From: an uncultured Actinomycetes bacterium
GTDB taxonomy: Bacteria; Actinomycetota; Thermoleophilia; UBA2241
DNA: 64,000 bases
Direction of reading: 5' to 3'
NCBI GenBank assembly: GCA_963725665.1
Contig: CAVRZA010000004.1
Location: 64,001-128,000, forward strand
The notes below the pieces were generated by a model. The model did not search any database. It saw only the letters and a list, made by a program, of their open reading frames with translations, and was not told the DNA's origin. Positions within the stretch are counted from its first letter, which is position 1. Every line of letters starts with the position of its first letter. This document shows positions 26,465 through 35,742 of this stretch, in pieces. A program made the position numbers and the translations under genes.

Positions 26465-27244
26465 GTGCGCTTCTTGAGGGTCCTCTTCATCGGCGAGATC
26501 TTCGGCCGGCAGGGCAGCGACGCCGTGCTGCGTCGGCTCCCCAACCTCGTCGCAGAGCGTGGCATCGACGTTGTCATCGCCAACGGCGAGAGCGCCGCCG
26601 ATGGAGCGGGCATCAGCCTGCGAATGGCCGACGCGCTCCTCCAAGGCGGGGTCGACGTCATCACGAGCGGCGAACAGATCTGGCGACGAAGCGACATAGC
26701 GCCCTTCCTCTCCAACAGCGATCGCATCCTGCGACCGGCGAACTACCCGGCGAGCGCTCCCGGCCGTGGGCTGACGGTATGCCGCCGCTGGTTCGGCGAG
26801 GTCGCGGTGATCAACGTGATGGGCAAGCTCTTCATGGGCAGCGGCCTCTCGCCCTTCCGCATCATCGACCGCCTCGTGAAGGAGGCCGGCACGCTGGCCG
26901 ACACCATCGTGGTAGACGTGCACGCCCAGGCGACCAGCGAGAAGGTGGCCATGGGCCTCTATCTCAACGGGCGGGTGACGGCAGTCATCGGCACGCACAC
27001 GCGGGTGCAGACGGCCGACGAGCGCGTCCTCTCCAAGGGCACCGCCTACATCACCGATGTGGGCATGACGGGCGCCGTCGAGTCGGTCTTGGGCGTCAAG
27101 GCCGACGTCATGGTGCGCGAGTTCACGACGCAGATCCCCATGCACCTCGAGGTCGCCGAAGGGGCCGTCAGGATCGATGCCGTGGTGATCCATTCCGAGG
27201 GCGGGCGGGCAACCGCGATCGAACGCCTTCGGGAGACGGTCTGA
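26465..27244 (+). CDS. ymdB: YmdB (TIGR00282) family metallophosphoesterase
   Basis: LFIGEIFG..G, IANGESAADG, LRPANYP, DVHAQATSEK, GTHTRVQTAD, YITDVGMTG. Confidence 0.88.
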   Translation: MRFLRVLFIGEIFGRQGSDAVLRRLPNLVAERGIDVVIANGESAADGAGISLRMADALLQGGVDVITSGEQIWRRSDIAPFLSNSDRILRPANYPASAPGRGLTVCRRWFGEVAVINVMGKLFMGSGLSPFRIIDRLVKEAGTLADTIVVDVHAQATSEKVAMGLYLNGRVTAVIGTHTRVQTADERVLSKGTAYITDVGMTGAVESVLGVKADVMVREFTTQIPMHLEVAEGAVRIDAVVIHSEGGRATAIERLRETV

Positions 27245-27478
27245 AGCGTTCTACTGGTGGGCTTGCACGATGGCGCGACCTCGGAAGGCGCCGAGCGCAA
27301 TGGCGTACAAGCCGCGCCACTCTGGACTGCCGTTTCGGCCGCGGAGGGCGCGTTCTGAGCGCATTGCGTCGGGGTAGACTTACTATTGCCACCGTCGCCT
27401 GCTGTGCTTCGGATGCGGTACTCGCTGTGCATGGGTGGGACCACAGCAGGCGGCGGGGCGGGGGTGCACAGGTAAGTC

Positions 27479-28363
27479 ATGGGTGGCTCGTCCTCGAACC
27501 CGAAGGTCACACGGCGCCGCTTTCCTGGGGTCGTACGCCGTGTCATGTGGCTGCGGCGGCACCGCCGCTTCGTGGTGGCGCTCACCGCTGCCAGCATCCT
27601 CGCGGCCCTGATCCTCGACATCGTCATACCGGGCTACGCGATCGCGGGCTTCTACCTCTTCCCCGTCATGCTGGTCGCCTTCACGCTGCGCGAGCGATTG
27701 GCCATCGCGGTCAGCGCGCTCTGTCTGGCACTCACGGTCTCGGTCATGGTGCTCCAGGGCCGCTCCAACGGCCAGAACATCCTGCTGATCGTCTTCGGCG
27801 TCCTGGGCGGAGCCGGGCTGATCGCGCTCGCCGACCTGTTCAACCGCGTCGACGAGCTGTACGAGTCTGAACGCTCGACCACGGTGAGGCTGCAGTACAT
27901 GACGGCGCGACTGGAGGCATTGCAGGAGGTCCTTGTGGCGGTCAACAAGCTTGTGACGCCGCAGGCGATCCTGGACCGGGTAGTGAGGTCGGGGGCCGAG
28001 CTTCTCAATGCCGGGTGCGTCGTTGTGACCCGTGATGGTCTCACGTCACGGACCCACGCGATGTGCTCGCCGTATGCGGAGGGCGGGGAGGAGTCACCGG
28101 CCCCGGTCGACGAGGCCTTGTTGTTGCAGTCGATCGGTGATGGCGCGGGCGGCACGCAGGATCGAGCCGCGATCGGCGGCCGCGTGCACCGCGTGTCGCT
28201 GGACGCCCGCCTCCTTGGCGCCGACGACCCTGGAGCTGAGGCGGCCATGGTCTTCGTGCGGCGGCCAGACGAGCCCGAGTTCGACCGAGAGGATGAGACG
28301 CTGGCGGCCACTCTGGCAGCCCTGCTCACTGCCGGTCTCGACCGCACGACGGCGCAGGTCTGA
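27479..28363 (+). CDS. Membrane sensor-like protein (4 TM + GAF-like domain), no output domain
   Basis: Four hydrophobic helices, coiled linker, ILDRVVRSGAELLNA...FDREDETLAATLAA GAF-like ends. Confidence 0.6.
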   Translation: MGGSSSNPKVTRRRFPGVVRRVMWLRRHRRFVVALTAASILAALILDIVIPGYAIAGFYLFPVMLVAFTLRERLAIAVSALCLALTVSVMVLQGRSNGQNILLIVFGVLGGAGLIALADLFNRVDELYESERSTTVRLQYMTARLEALQEVLVAVNKLVTPQAILDRVVRSGAELLNAGCVVVTRDGLTSRTHAMCSPYAEGGEESPAPVDEALLLQSIGDGAGGTQDRAAIGGRVHRVSLDARLLGADDPGAEAAMVFVRRPDEPEFDREDETLAATLAALLTAGLDRTTAQV

Positions 28364-28518
28364 GAGCGCGCCGCGATACAGTCGTCAGAGGGCGACCGGT
28401 CACGGTGTCTGAGGCCCGTCGATCCGACGCGCACCGAAGAGCCTGACGCGTCTGCCTGTAGAATCGGATCGGCGACGCTGGTGCCGGGCGCGTACCAGGG
28501 ACGGGAAAGGTGGCGGTC

Positions 28519-28806
28519 ATGGCCTACGTTCTCATCGAGCATCTGGTGGGCGACTACGAGACGTTCAAGAAGGTGTACCTAGACGACGGCGAGCGTCGCC
28601 AGAGGATCGGCTCCAAAGGCGGGAAGGTCTTTCGGGCGAGCGACGATCCGAACGACATCATCATCGTGCTCGAGTGGGACGACATAGCCCACGCGCGCGA
28701 GTTCGCCGCTTCGCTGGAGCTGCACGAGGCCATGCAGTGGTCGACCAGCAACGTCGCCACTCCGCGGGTCACGGTCATGGAGCACGCCATGGACTCGGAG
28801 GCCTGA
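28519..28806 (+). CDS. Small dimeric alpha-beta barrel (ABM/cyclase-like) protein
   Basis: EHLVGDYETFKKVY...VFRASDDPNDIIIVLEWDD..AREF. Confidence 0.75.
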   Translation: MAYVLIEHLVGDYETFKKVYLDDGERRQRIGSKGGKVFRASDDPNDIIIVLEWDDIAHAREFAASLELHEAMQWSTSNVATPRVTVMEHAMDSEA

Positions 28807-28971
28807 GCGTCAGAGGCCAAGCCTCGGAGGCGTGATCGGGCGGGAGGCCGCGCGGGCGAGATCACGGCGTCGTCTTTTGAGTCGCGCCTCTTTCTCGTGC
28901 CACGAACAGGTGTTCGCTTTGGCATGGCGAATTGATACTCTTCCTGGGTCAACGCAACAGAGGAGGTCGCC

Positions 28972-31101
28972 ATGCCAGCCGAAGGACTACTCTCTGGCAG
29001 GGCGACCTCTGACGGCGCCGTTTTCGCTGCCGAGTACCCCGCGCCCGAGCCCAGCGACGCCGAGCAGATCGCTTTGGCGGGGCTCAACCCGGAGCAGCAG
29101 CGGGCCGCGGCCGACGGCCGCGGCCCGCTGCTCATCGTCGCCGGCGCCGGCACGGGCAAGACGGCCACGCTGGCGCACCGCGTCGCCTACCTGATCGCCG
29201 GCGGGATCGACCCGCGCCGCCTCCTCCTGCTCACCTTCACCCGTCGCGCGGCGGGTGAGATGCTGCGCCGCGTCGACGGCCTCCTGAGATCGCGCGCCGG
29301 CAACGGCGGCGCGGCGGGCGCCGGGGAGCGCGTGTGGGGCGGCACCTTCCACGCCATCGCCGCCAGGCTGCTGCGCCTGCACGCGCGCGACCTGGGCATG
29401 GAGCCCGACTTCACCATCCTCGACCGCGGCGATGCCGAGGACCTCCTGCACGTGGCGCGCACCCAGCTCGGTCTCGGGAGCGGAGGGACGCGCTTCCCGC
29501 AGAAATCGACCTGCCTCGACATCTACTCCCGCTGCGTCAACGCTCAGCTCGCCCTCGGGGAGGTCCTTCCGGCGATCTTCCCCTGGTGTCGCGACGCCGA
29601 GGCCGACCTCAGCCGCCTCTTCGCCCGCTACACGGACCTCAAAGAAGAGCAGCAGGTGCTCGACTACGACGACCTGCTTCTCTTCTGGCACGGGCTCCTG
29701 CGCGACCCGGTCGCCGGCGCGCGCGTGCGCGAGCGCTTCGACGCCGTGCTCGTCGACGAGTACCAGGACACCAACGTGCTGCAGGCCGAGATCGTCTCGC
29801 TGCTGCGGCCCGACGGCTCGGGCGTGACGTGCGTCGGCGACGACGCGCAGGCGATCTACGGCTTTCGCGCCGCCACGGTGCGCAACATCCTCGACTTCGA
29901 GCAGCGCTTCCCCGGCGCCGCGGTGCTGACGCTCACCCAGAACTACCGCTCGACCGGCCCCATCCTGGCGGCGACCAACGCCATCATCGCCGAGGCCGCC
30001 GAGCGCCGAGAGAAGGAGCTCTGGACCGGCCGCGACGGTGGCGGCCGGCCGGTCCTCGTCACCTGTCGCGACGAAGACGAGCAGACGGCCTGGTTGTGCG
30101 AGCACGTCCTCGAGCACCGCGAAGAGGGCACGCAGCTCAAGCGCCAAGCCGTGCTCTTCCGCGCCCAGCACCACTCGATGGCGCTCGAGCTCGAGCTGTC
30201 ACGGCGCAACATCCCGTTCCGCAAGTACGGCGGCCTGCGCTTCGTCGAGACGGCGCACGTCAAGGACCTGGTGAGCTTCCTGCGTCTGGCCGAGAACCCG
30301 CGCGACGGCATGGCCGGTCTGCGGGTCCTCGGCCTCGTGCCCGGCATCGGTCCCAAGACGTCGGCCCTGCTGGCCGAGACGCTGGCGACGGCCGGCGGCG
30401 ACTTCGCCGCCTGGAGCGAGGTCAAGGTGCCCGAACCTGCAGGCAGCGTGTGGCCGGGGGTGGTCGAGCTTCTGCGGGCGCTCTCGGCCGCCGAGCCCGG
30501 CGAGGTGCCGGCTCAGGTGCACGCCGTGCGTAGCGTCTACGCGCCGCTGCTCGAGCGCCGCTACGACAACGTCACGGCGCGCCTGCGCGACCTGGAGCAG
30601 CTCGAAGGGCTTGCTTCACGCTCGCGCGACCGGGCACAGTTCCTCGCCGAGCTCGTGCTCGACCCGCCCTCCTACACGCAGGAGCTCGCCGGCCCGCCGC
30701 TGCTCGACGAGGACTACCTCGTGCTCTCGACCATGCATTCGGCCAAGGGGCTCGAGTTCGACGTCGTCTACGTGATCCACGCCGCCGACGGCAACATCCC
30801 CTCCGACATGGCCGCGGGTTCGGTCGAGGAGATAGAGGAGGAGCGCCGCCTCTTCTATGTCGCCTGCACGCGCGCGAGGAACCGCCTCTACGTGACGCAC
30901 CCGCTGCGCTACTACACGCAGCCCTGGGCCGCATCGGACAGACACGGCTACGCGCAGCGCTCGCGCTTCCTCACCGAGGCGGTGCTGCGGGAGTTCGTCG
31001 AGGCGCAGGCGGCTCCCGCGTCGCGTGGCGACGACGACGAGCCGCTCGAGAGGGCGACGACTGTGTCCATCCGCGCCGGCATCAGAGCGCTCTGGAGCTG
31101 A
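28972..31101 (+). CDS. UvrD/PcrA/Rep-family ATP-dependent DNA helicase
   Basis: LNPEQ, AGAGTGKT, LTFTRRAA, VDEYQDTN, VGDDAQAIYGFR, QNYRS, STMHSAKGLEF, EERRLFYVACTRA. Confidence 0.96.
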   Translation: MPAEGLLSGRATSDGAVFAAEYPAPEPSDAEQIALAGLNPEQQRAAADGRGPLLIVAGAGTGKTATLAHRVAYLIAGGIDPRRLLLLTFTRRAAGEMLRRVDGLLRSRAGNGGAAGAGERVWGGTFHAIAARLLRLHARDLGMEPDFTILDRGDAEDLLHVARTQLGLGSGGTRFPQKSTCLDIYSRCVNAQLALGEVLPAIFPWCRDAEADLSRLFARYTDLKEEQQVLDYDDLLLFWHGLLRDPVAGARVRERFDAVLVDEYQDTNVLQAEIVSLLRPDGSGVTCVGDDAQAIYGFRAATVRNILDFEQRFPGAAVLTLTQNYRSTGPILAATNAIIAEAAERREKELWTGRDGGGRPVLVTCRDEDEQTAWLCEHVLEHREEGTQLKRQAVLFRAQHHSMALELELSRRNIPFRKYGGLRFVETAHVKDLVSFLRLAENPRDGMAGLRVLGLVPGIGPKTSALLAETLATAGGDFAAWSEVKVPEPAGSVWPGVVELLRALSAAEPGEVPAQVHAVRSVYAPLLERRYDNVTARLRDLEQLEGLASRSRDRAQFLAELVLDPPSYTQELAGPPLLDEDYLVLSTMHSAKGLEFDVVYVIHAADGNIPSDMAAGSVEEIEEERRLFYVACTRARNRLYVTHPLRYYTQPWAASDRHGYAQRSRFLTEAVLREFVEAQAAPASRGDDDEPLERATTVSIRAGIRALWS

Positions 31102-31247
31102 AAGCCGGGGAGGCGGGCGGCGGGCTTTCGCCGCCGCCCGCGAAGGTGAAGTCCCTGCTCCGCGCGGAACGCGGTGTGGCGCTGCCCGCAGAAGGGCATA
31201 CCTTCGGGAGGTGGAGGGGTCCTGGCTCACAGCCTCGGAGGTCCTGG

Positions 31248-31811
31248 ATGAAAGCCCTGGTAATCATCGACATGTTGAACGATTTCGTCGACGGCGCGCT
31301 GGCCAATCCGCGCGCGCAGGCGATCGTGCCGTCGCTCAAGCGGCTCCTTGATCACGCTCGGCACGAGGGCTGGGTGGTGGTCTTCTCCAATGACGCTCAC
31401 GAGCCCGGTGACCCCGAGATCGCCGTCTGGGGTGAGCATGGCATGGCCGGCACTCCCGGCGCCCAGGTCATCGCCGAGCTGGCGCCTCAGCCCGGAGGAC
31501 GCGAGATCGTCTCGCCGAAGCGCTTCTACGGCGCCTTCGACAGCACCGGCCTCGAGGAGCAGCTGCGTGCTCTCGGCGTGGACGAGGTCGTCCTCGCCGG
31601 GCAGCACACGCACATCTGTGTGCGTCACACCTCCTACGAGGCGTTCCGCCGCGGCTTCACCATCACGGTGGCCCGTGACGCCGTGTGCACCTTCGAGGGT
31701 GTCGACGAAGACCAGGCCCTGGACTATCTGCGCGGGGTGTACGGCGCGCGCATCACCACGGTCGACGAGCTGATCGGCGCCGCCGAGCCGGCACGCGGGG
31801 CGGTCGCCTAG
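31248..31811 (+). CDS. Isochorismatase/cysteine hydrolase family protein
   Basis: ALVIIDMLNDF, KRFYGAF, GQHTHICV. Confidence 0.93.
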   Translation: MKALVIIDMLNDFVDGALANPRAQAIVPSLKRLLDHARHEGWVVVFSNDAHEPGDPEIAVWGEHGMAGTPGAQVIAELAPQPGGREIVSPKRFYGAFDSTGLEEQLRALGVDEVVLAGQHTHICVRHTSYEAFRRGFTITVARDAVCTFEGVDEDQALDYLRGVYGARITTVDELIGAAEPARGAVA

Positions 31812-31891
31812 TCCCGGCGAAATGGTAGCGGTCGGCGTCCTTGGGCGAGGCTCGAGTGTCCCGGCGAGAGGAGCGGGACGCGGTGTAGGGC

Positions 31892-31937
31892 AGCGGGCGG
31901 GGGAGCGAGCGCTCTCGCGCTCGCTCCCCCGCCCGCT
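31892..31937. terminator. 21-bp perfect GC hairpin between convergent genes
   Basis: AGCGGGCGGGGGAGCGAGCGC-TCTC-GCGCTCGCTCCCCCGCCCGCT. Confidence 0.6.
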
Positions 31938-31996
31938 CCGCACCCGCCGGACAGTCACACTCGAGAAGCGGGGGAGCGCGGGCGAAGCGAAGGTCG

Positions 31997-33193
31997 CTAC
32001 GAGTCTGAGGACGACGCGTGCGTCCCAGTCACCTCGAGGCCATAGTCGTAGCCGGTCAGCGTGCGACACCCGTCATTGGTGATCACTACCATGTCCTCGA
32101 GTCGCACTGCGCCCCAGCCGGCTTCGTGAATCGTCGGCTCCAGGGTGATCACATCGCCCGGCTCCAGAGGAGCCTCAGAGTAGGGAAAGGGCCCCGTCGT
32201 GTACTCGTGGAGCCCGAGTCCCACGCCGTGGCCCAGGAAGCGCGCGACGACCGGACCGGGTGCGCCCCCGAGCGCATCGGAAGGAAACAGCGCAGAGGCG
32301 AAGCCGTGGCCGTGCAGCAGCTCGCACACGCCCCGGTACATCTCGGCGCCGCGGGCTCCCGGCCGGGCGAGCTCGCGTGCGAGCTCGAGAGCAGCCTTGA
32401 CGGCGGCGTGAACGCGGCGCAGCTTGTCGGGCGGGTCGCCTACGCAGAAGACGCGCGAGATGTCGGCGAAGTAGCGCGTGTCACGGTGTCGGGGGAAGAG
32501 ATCGAAGAGGATGGGCTCACCTGCGCGCAAGGGACCGTGTCCGGCCTCGTTGATCAGCGCGGCTTGCGCACCGCCGGCGATATACGGCGTCTCTCCCTCG
32601 CAGTCTTTTGAGACCCAGTACGCCAACACCTCGCGCTGCAGTCTCTCCGAGGTGAGCGGCTCACCCAGCCACAACAGACCGTCGCCCCCGACCTCGGCGG
32701 CGGCAAGGAGGGCGCGCGCGTGGGACAGCGACTGCTCGGCGACGCGCAGGGTCGCCTCGATGGCCTCGACCTCGCGCGCGTCCTTGTGCCGCCGCCGCGC
32801 CGCGATGGAGCCGTTGTCGACGCGCACGGCGATGCCGTGCTCTCGCAGGTACTCCGCCGTCGCAAGCGGGAACCAATCGGGCACGAGAACGGACGTCACG
32901 CGCGCCCGCCGCACCGACTCGAGGGTGATCGTCAGAATGTCGCGGGGAGAAGGCTCGAGAAAGCCGCGGTCGCCTCGCCCTCTCAGGTCGCTGTCGATCC
33001 AGATCTCATCGACGTCGGCGATGGTCTGCGCCCGCGCGAGATCGGCCGGGTACGTGACGACGATGCGCTTCTCGTGCGTCTCCAGGTACACCAGAGCGTC
33101 GCCGTAGCCGGTCGCGTAGGCGATGTCGTCACACACCCAGTGGTCGCCGCCCACCATGAGGACGGCTTCGGCCGTCTCGCTGACATCGCGCAT
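31997..33193 (-). CDS. Xaa-Pro peptidase (M24B) family protein
   Basis: RRHKDAREVE, ILFDLFP, YFADISR, LGHGVGLGLHE, TLEPTI, VRLEDMV; GGAAGG RBS before ATG 33193. Confidence 0.92.
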   Translation of the reverse strand: MRDVSETAEAVLMVGGDHWVCDDIAYATGYGDALVYLETHEKRIVVTYPADLARAQTIADVDEIWIDSDLRGRGDRGFLEPSPRDILTITLESVRRARVTSVLVPDWFPLATAEYLREHGIAVRVDNGSIAARRRHKDAREVEAIEATLRVAEQSLSHARALLAAAEVGGDGLLWLGEPLTSERLQREVLAYWVSKDCEGETPYIAGGAQAALINEAGHGPLRAGEPILFDLFPRHRDTRYFADISRVFCVGDPPDKLRRVHAAVKAALELARELARPGARGAEMYRGVCELLHGHGFASALFPSDALGGAPGPVVARFLGHGVGLGLHEYTTGPFPYSEAPLEPGDVITLEPTIHEAGWGAVRLEDMVVITNDGCRTLTGYDYGLEVTGTHASSSDS

Positions 33194-33240
33194 CGCGTCA
33201 CCTTCCATCGTCGTCACTGCGCGGCGCAGGTCGCGCTGCG

Positions 33241-33377
33241 CCTCTGGGCCTCGAGGTGGAGCTTCTCCACCTCAGGGTTCCACCAATGCCCTGGTTCAGG
33301 CCCCCTCGACCGCGCTGGCCTTGAGGAACAAGGGGGGTATCCAGTCCGAGGGGTCGGGACTTTCCATGGACCAGAGG
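33241..33377. ncRNA. Candidate structured RNA (multi-branch) upstream of the peptidase gene
   Basis: Closing stem CCTCTGGGCC/GGACCAGAGG encloses GAGGTGGAG/CTCCACCTC, AGGG/CCCT and a nested CCCCTCG/CGAGGGG, CTGG/CCAG, CCTTG/CAAGG arm. Confidence 0.4.
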
Positions 33378-33420
33378 TCGCGTGCCGGCGTGGCTTTGCC
33401 AACTGAAGAAGGCCGTTAGC

Positions 33421-34533
33421 CTAGACGGTGTCGATCGTGAGCTGGCTCGCGCCGCCGCTGAAGCGCACCTCGTAGCGATCCTGCGCCGAGGCAAAGCCCG
33501 ACGACTCGAGGGCGTTGCGCCCGCCGACGGCTCCCAGCGTCTGCTCGTCGAAGACGAGCTGGCTCGCGCCGCCGCTGATGGCCGCCCGTAGGGCCGTCGC
33601 GACCGGTCGGTGAACGCGCACATGGCTTGCCCCTCCGGAGACACGGACGGGCACGAGGCCCACCGGTGCGGGCAGCCAGATCTCGACGTCGCTGGCGCCG
33701 CCGCTCACCTCGAGCGAGCGTAGCTCGAGGCCACGCAGGTCGGCGGTGAGCTTCCACATGCCGCCTCTCAGCGAGATGTCCCAGGGCACGGCGGCGGTCA
33801 GCCACACGTCGGACGTGCGCCCGCGCCAGTCGAAGGGCCGGAAGCGTCGCTGGTGGCCGATCACGACCGTCCCGCCGTCGACCTTGACGTCGGGGGTGCC
33901 GCCCTCGAACTCGGCGCGATAGAGCCCGGTCAGCGTCGGGTCGACGCGGATGTTCACCGTGGCCGCGCCGCGGGAGAACTCGAGGCGGCCGACGGTGACG
34001 CCGGCCAGCGGCGCCGTGAAGGGGCCCGCTTGCGCGCTGTCTTGGTCGGCGCCGCCGGCGCCACCGTCGGCCGCCGGACCGGCCACCGCGCTCACCTGCC
34101 CCTCGTAGAACTCGCGGATGCCGCGCACGTAGTCGCGGACGACCCTGACGTGGTCGGGCTCGAGTCCTTCCAGCTGAGCCCGGCCGGCGAGCTCGACCTC
34201 GCCGTAGACGCGCGCGCCCAGCTCACGCGTCGCGACCGTCGAGGTGACCAGCACGCGGCGGCGGTCGGTGGGGTCGGAGACGCGGTTCGCGTAGCCGCTC
34301 CGCTCCATGCGGTCGAGCACCGTCGTGATCGCGCCCGGCGTGAGCCCACTTTCCTCGGCGAGCTCACCGGCGGTGACGCGGCCCCGCCGATAGAGGATGC
34401 CGATGCAGCGCAGATCGGTGCGGTTGAGCCCGAACTGCGTCGCCACGGCTTCGTCGAGACGGTCCGCCGTGCGCCGCAGCTCGCCCAGCTCGATGCCGAC
34501 CTCGTCGATCAGCTTGTCTTTGTCGTCGGCCAT
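33421..34533 (-). CDS. MarR-family regulator fused to a beta-solenoid (DUF2154/DUF4097-like) domain
   Basis: GLNRTDLRC..L..TAGELA..GLTPGAITTVLDRME..DPTDRRRV; C-terminal repeated SGGAS strands. Confidence 0.88.
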   Translation of the reverse strand: MADDKDKLIDEVGIELGELRRTADRLDEAVATQFGLNRTDLRCIGILYRRGRVTAGELAEESGLTPGAITTVLDRMERSGYANRVSDPTDRRRVLVTSTVATRELGARVYGEVELAGRAQLEGLEPDHVRVVRDYVRGIREFYEGQVSAVAGPAADGGAGGADQDSAQAGPFTAPLAGVTVGRLEFSRGAATVNIRVDPTLTGLYRAEFEGGTPDVKVDGGTVVIGHQRRFRPFDWRGRTSDVWLTAAVPWDISLRGGMWKLTADLRGLELRSLEVSGGASDVEIWLPAPVGLVPVRVSGGASHVRVHRPVATALRAAISGGASQLVFDEQTLGAVGGRNALESSGFASAQDRYEVRFSGGASQLTIDTV

Positions 34534-34643
34534 CTTCGTCCTCGCTCCCGGCGGGTCGCGGGCGGGGCACGCCCGCTGCCACGCCGTTGCGTTCGTCCCG
34601 CGGTGGTTGATTCCTTGCGAAGAACTATACCACAGAAGAAAGA

Positions 34644-34674
34644 TTTGACAATCAAAACATATGGGGAATAAAGT
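34644..34674 (+). promoter_or_regulatory. Sigma70-like promoter with overlapping MarR-type palindrome
   Basis: TTGACA (34645) N18 TAAAGT; TTTGA-CAA-TCAAA palindrome. Confidence 0.6.
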
Positions 34675-34773
34675 GTCCCACGAGAAGGAACAACGTGACC
34701 GCGAGGCGCCCGGATCGGTGCTGCGCGGCGGACCGGTCAGCGCACACGGTCCGAGAAGGAAGGTGGAAGCGAC

Positions 34774-35742
34774 ATGAGCGATGTGATCGAGGTCGCAGGC
34801 CTCGTGAAGACGTACCCCAAGGGCGTGCGCGCGCTCGACGGCCTCGACTTCAACGTCGAGGCGGGCAGCGTGTTCGGGCTCCTGGGGCCCAACGGCGCCG
34901 GCAAGTCGACCGCCGTCAAGGTGCTGACGACCCTGACGCGGCCCGACGCCGGAGAGGCCCGCGTGGCGGGCCTCGACGTCGTGCGTCGGGCCGCGGAGGT
35001 CCGTCGCATCATCGGCGTGGTGGCGCAGCAGTCGGGCTGCGACCGCTCGGCGACCGGGCGCGAGAACCTGCGCCTGCAGGGGCGCATGTACGGCATGCGG
35101 GGAAGGGCGCTCGAGGAGCGCGTCTCCGCGCTCCTCGAGCGCCTCGACCTGGCCGAGGCCGCCGACCGCGTGGCCTCGACCTACTCGGGCGGCATGCAGC
35201 GCCGGCTCGACGTGGCCATCGGCCTGGTCCATCGCCCCCAGGTCCTGTTCCTCGACGAGCCCACGACCGGCCTCGATCCCGAGGGACGCGCCGGCCTGTG
35301 GGACGAGATCGAGCGCCTGATGGCCGACGAGGGCCTGACCATCCTGCTCACGACACACTACCTCGAGGAGGCCGATCGGCTGGCGCGGCGGCTGGTGATC
35401 GTCGATCGCGGCCGCGTGGTGGCCGGCGGCAGCCCCGAGCAGCTCAAGGGCGAGCTGGCCGGCGACACGCTGCACATCGAGCTGGCCTCCGCGCCGCAGA
35501 ACGGCAAGGTGCAGCGCGGCCTGGCGACGGTCGCGGGGCTGCGCGAGGTGGTCCTCGAGGGGCGCACTCTGAGAGCGCGCGCCGACAGCGGCGCCACCGC
35601 TGTGCCGGCCGTGCTCGCCGCCCTCGAGACGCAAGGCGTGGGGGTCGCGGCCGTCACGGTGGCGCGTCCCTCGCTCGACGATGTCTACCTTCGTTACGCC
35701 GGACGGGCGTTCAGCGAAGCCGACCGGGAGGTCGCACCGTGA
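34774..35742 (+). CDS. ABC transporter ATP-binding protein (DrrA-like)
   Basis: GPNGAGKS, YSGGMQRRLD, FLDEPTTGLDP, RPSLDDVYL. Confidence 0.95.
   Translation: MSDVIEVAGLVKTYPKGVRALDGLDFNVEAGSVFGLLGPNGAGKSTAVKVLTTLTRPDAGEARVAGLDVVRRAAEVRRIIGVVAQQSGCDRSATGRENLRLQGRMYGMRGRALEERVSALLERLDLAEAADRVASTYSGGMQRRLDVAIGLVHRPQVLFLDEPTTGLDPEGRAGLWDEIERLMADEGLTILLTTHYLEEADRLARRLVIVDRGRVVAGGSPEQLKGELAGDTLHIELASAPQNGKVQRGLATVAGLREVVLEGRTLRARADSGATAVPAVLAALETQGVGVAAVTVARPSLDDVYLRYAGRAFSEADREVAP

Noticed and set aside
33241-33377. Assignment as RNase P, FMN riboswitch or 6S RNA
   Set aside because: Only short matches (GGAAAGTCC, CCTGAACC); the other conserved elements and lengths are missing
33421-35634. 737-aa MarR ORF in the ORF track
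   Set aside because: The N-terminal half is the antisense shadow of the ABC ATPase; the real start is 34533
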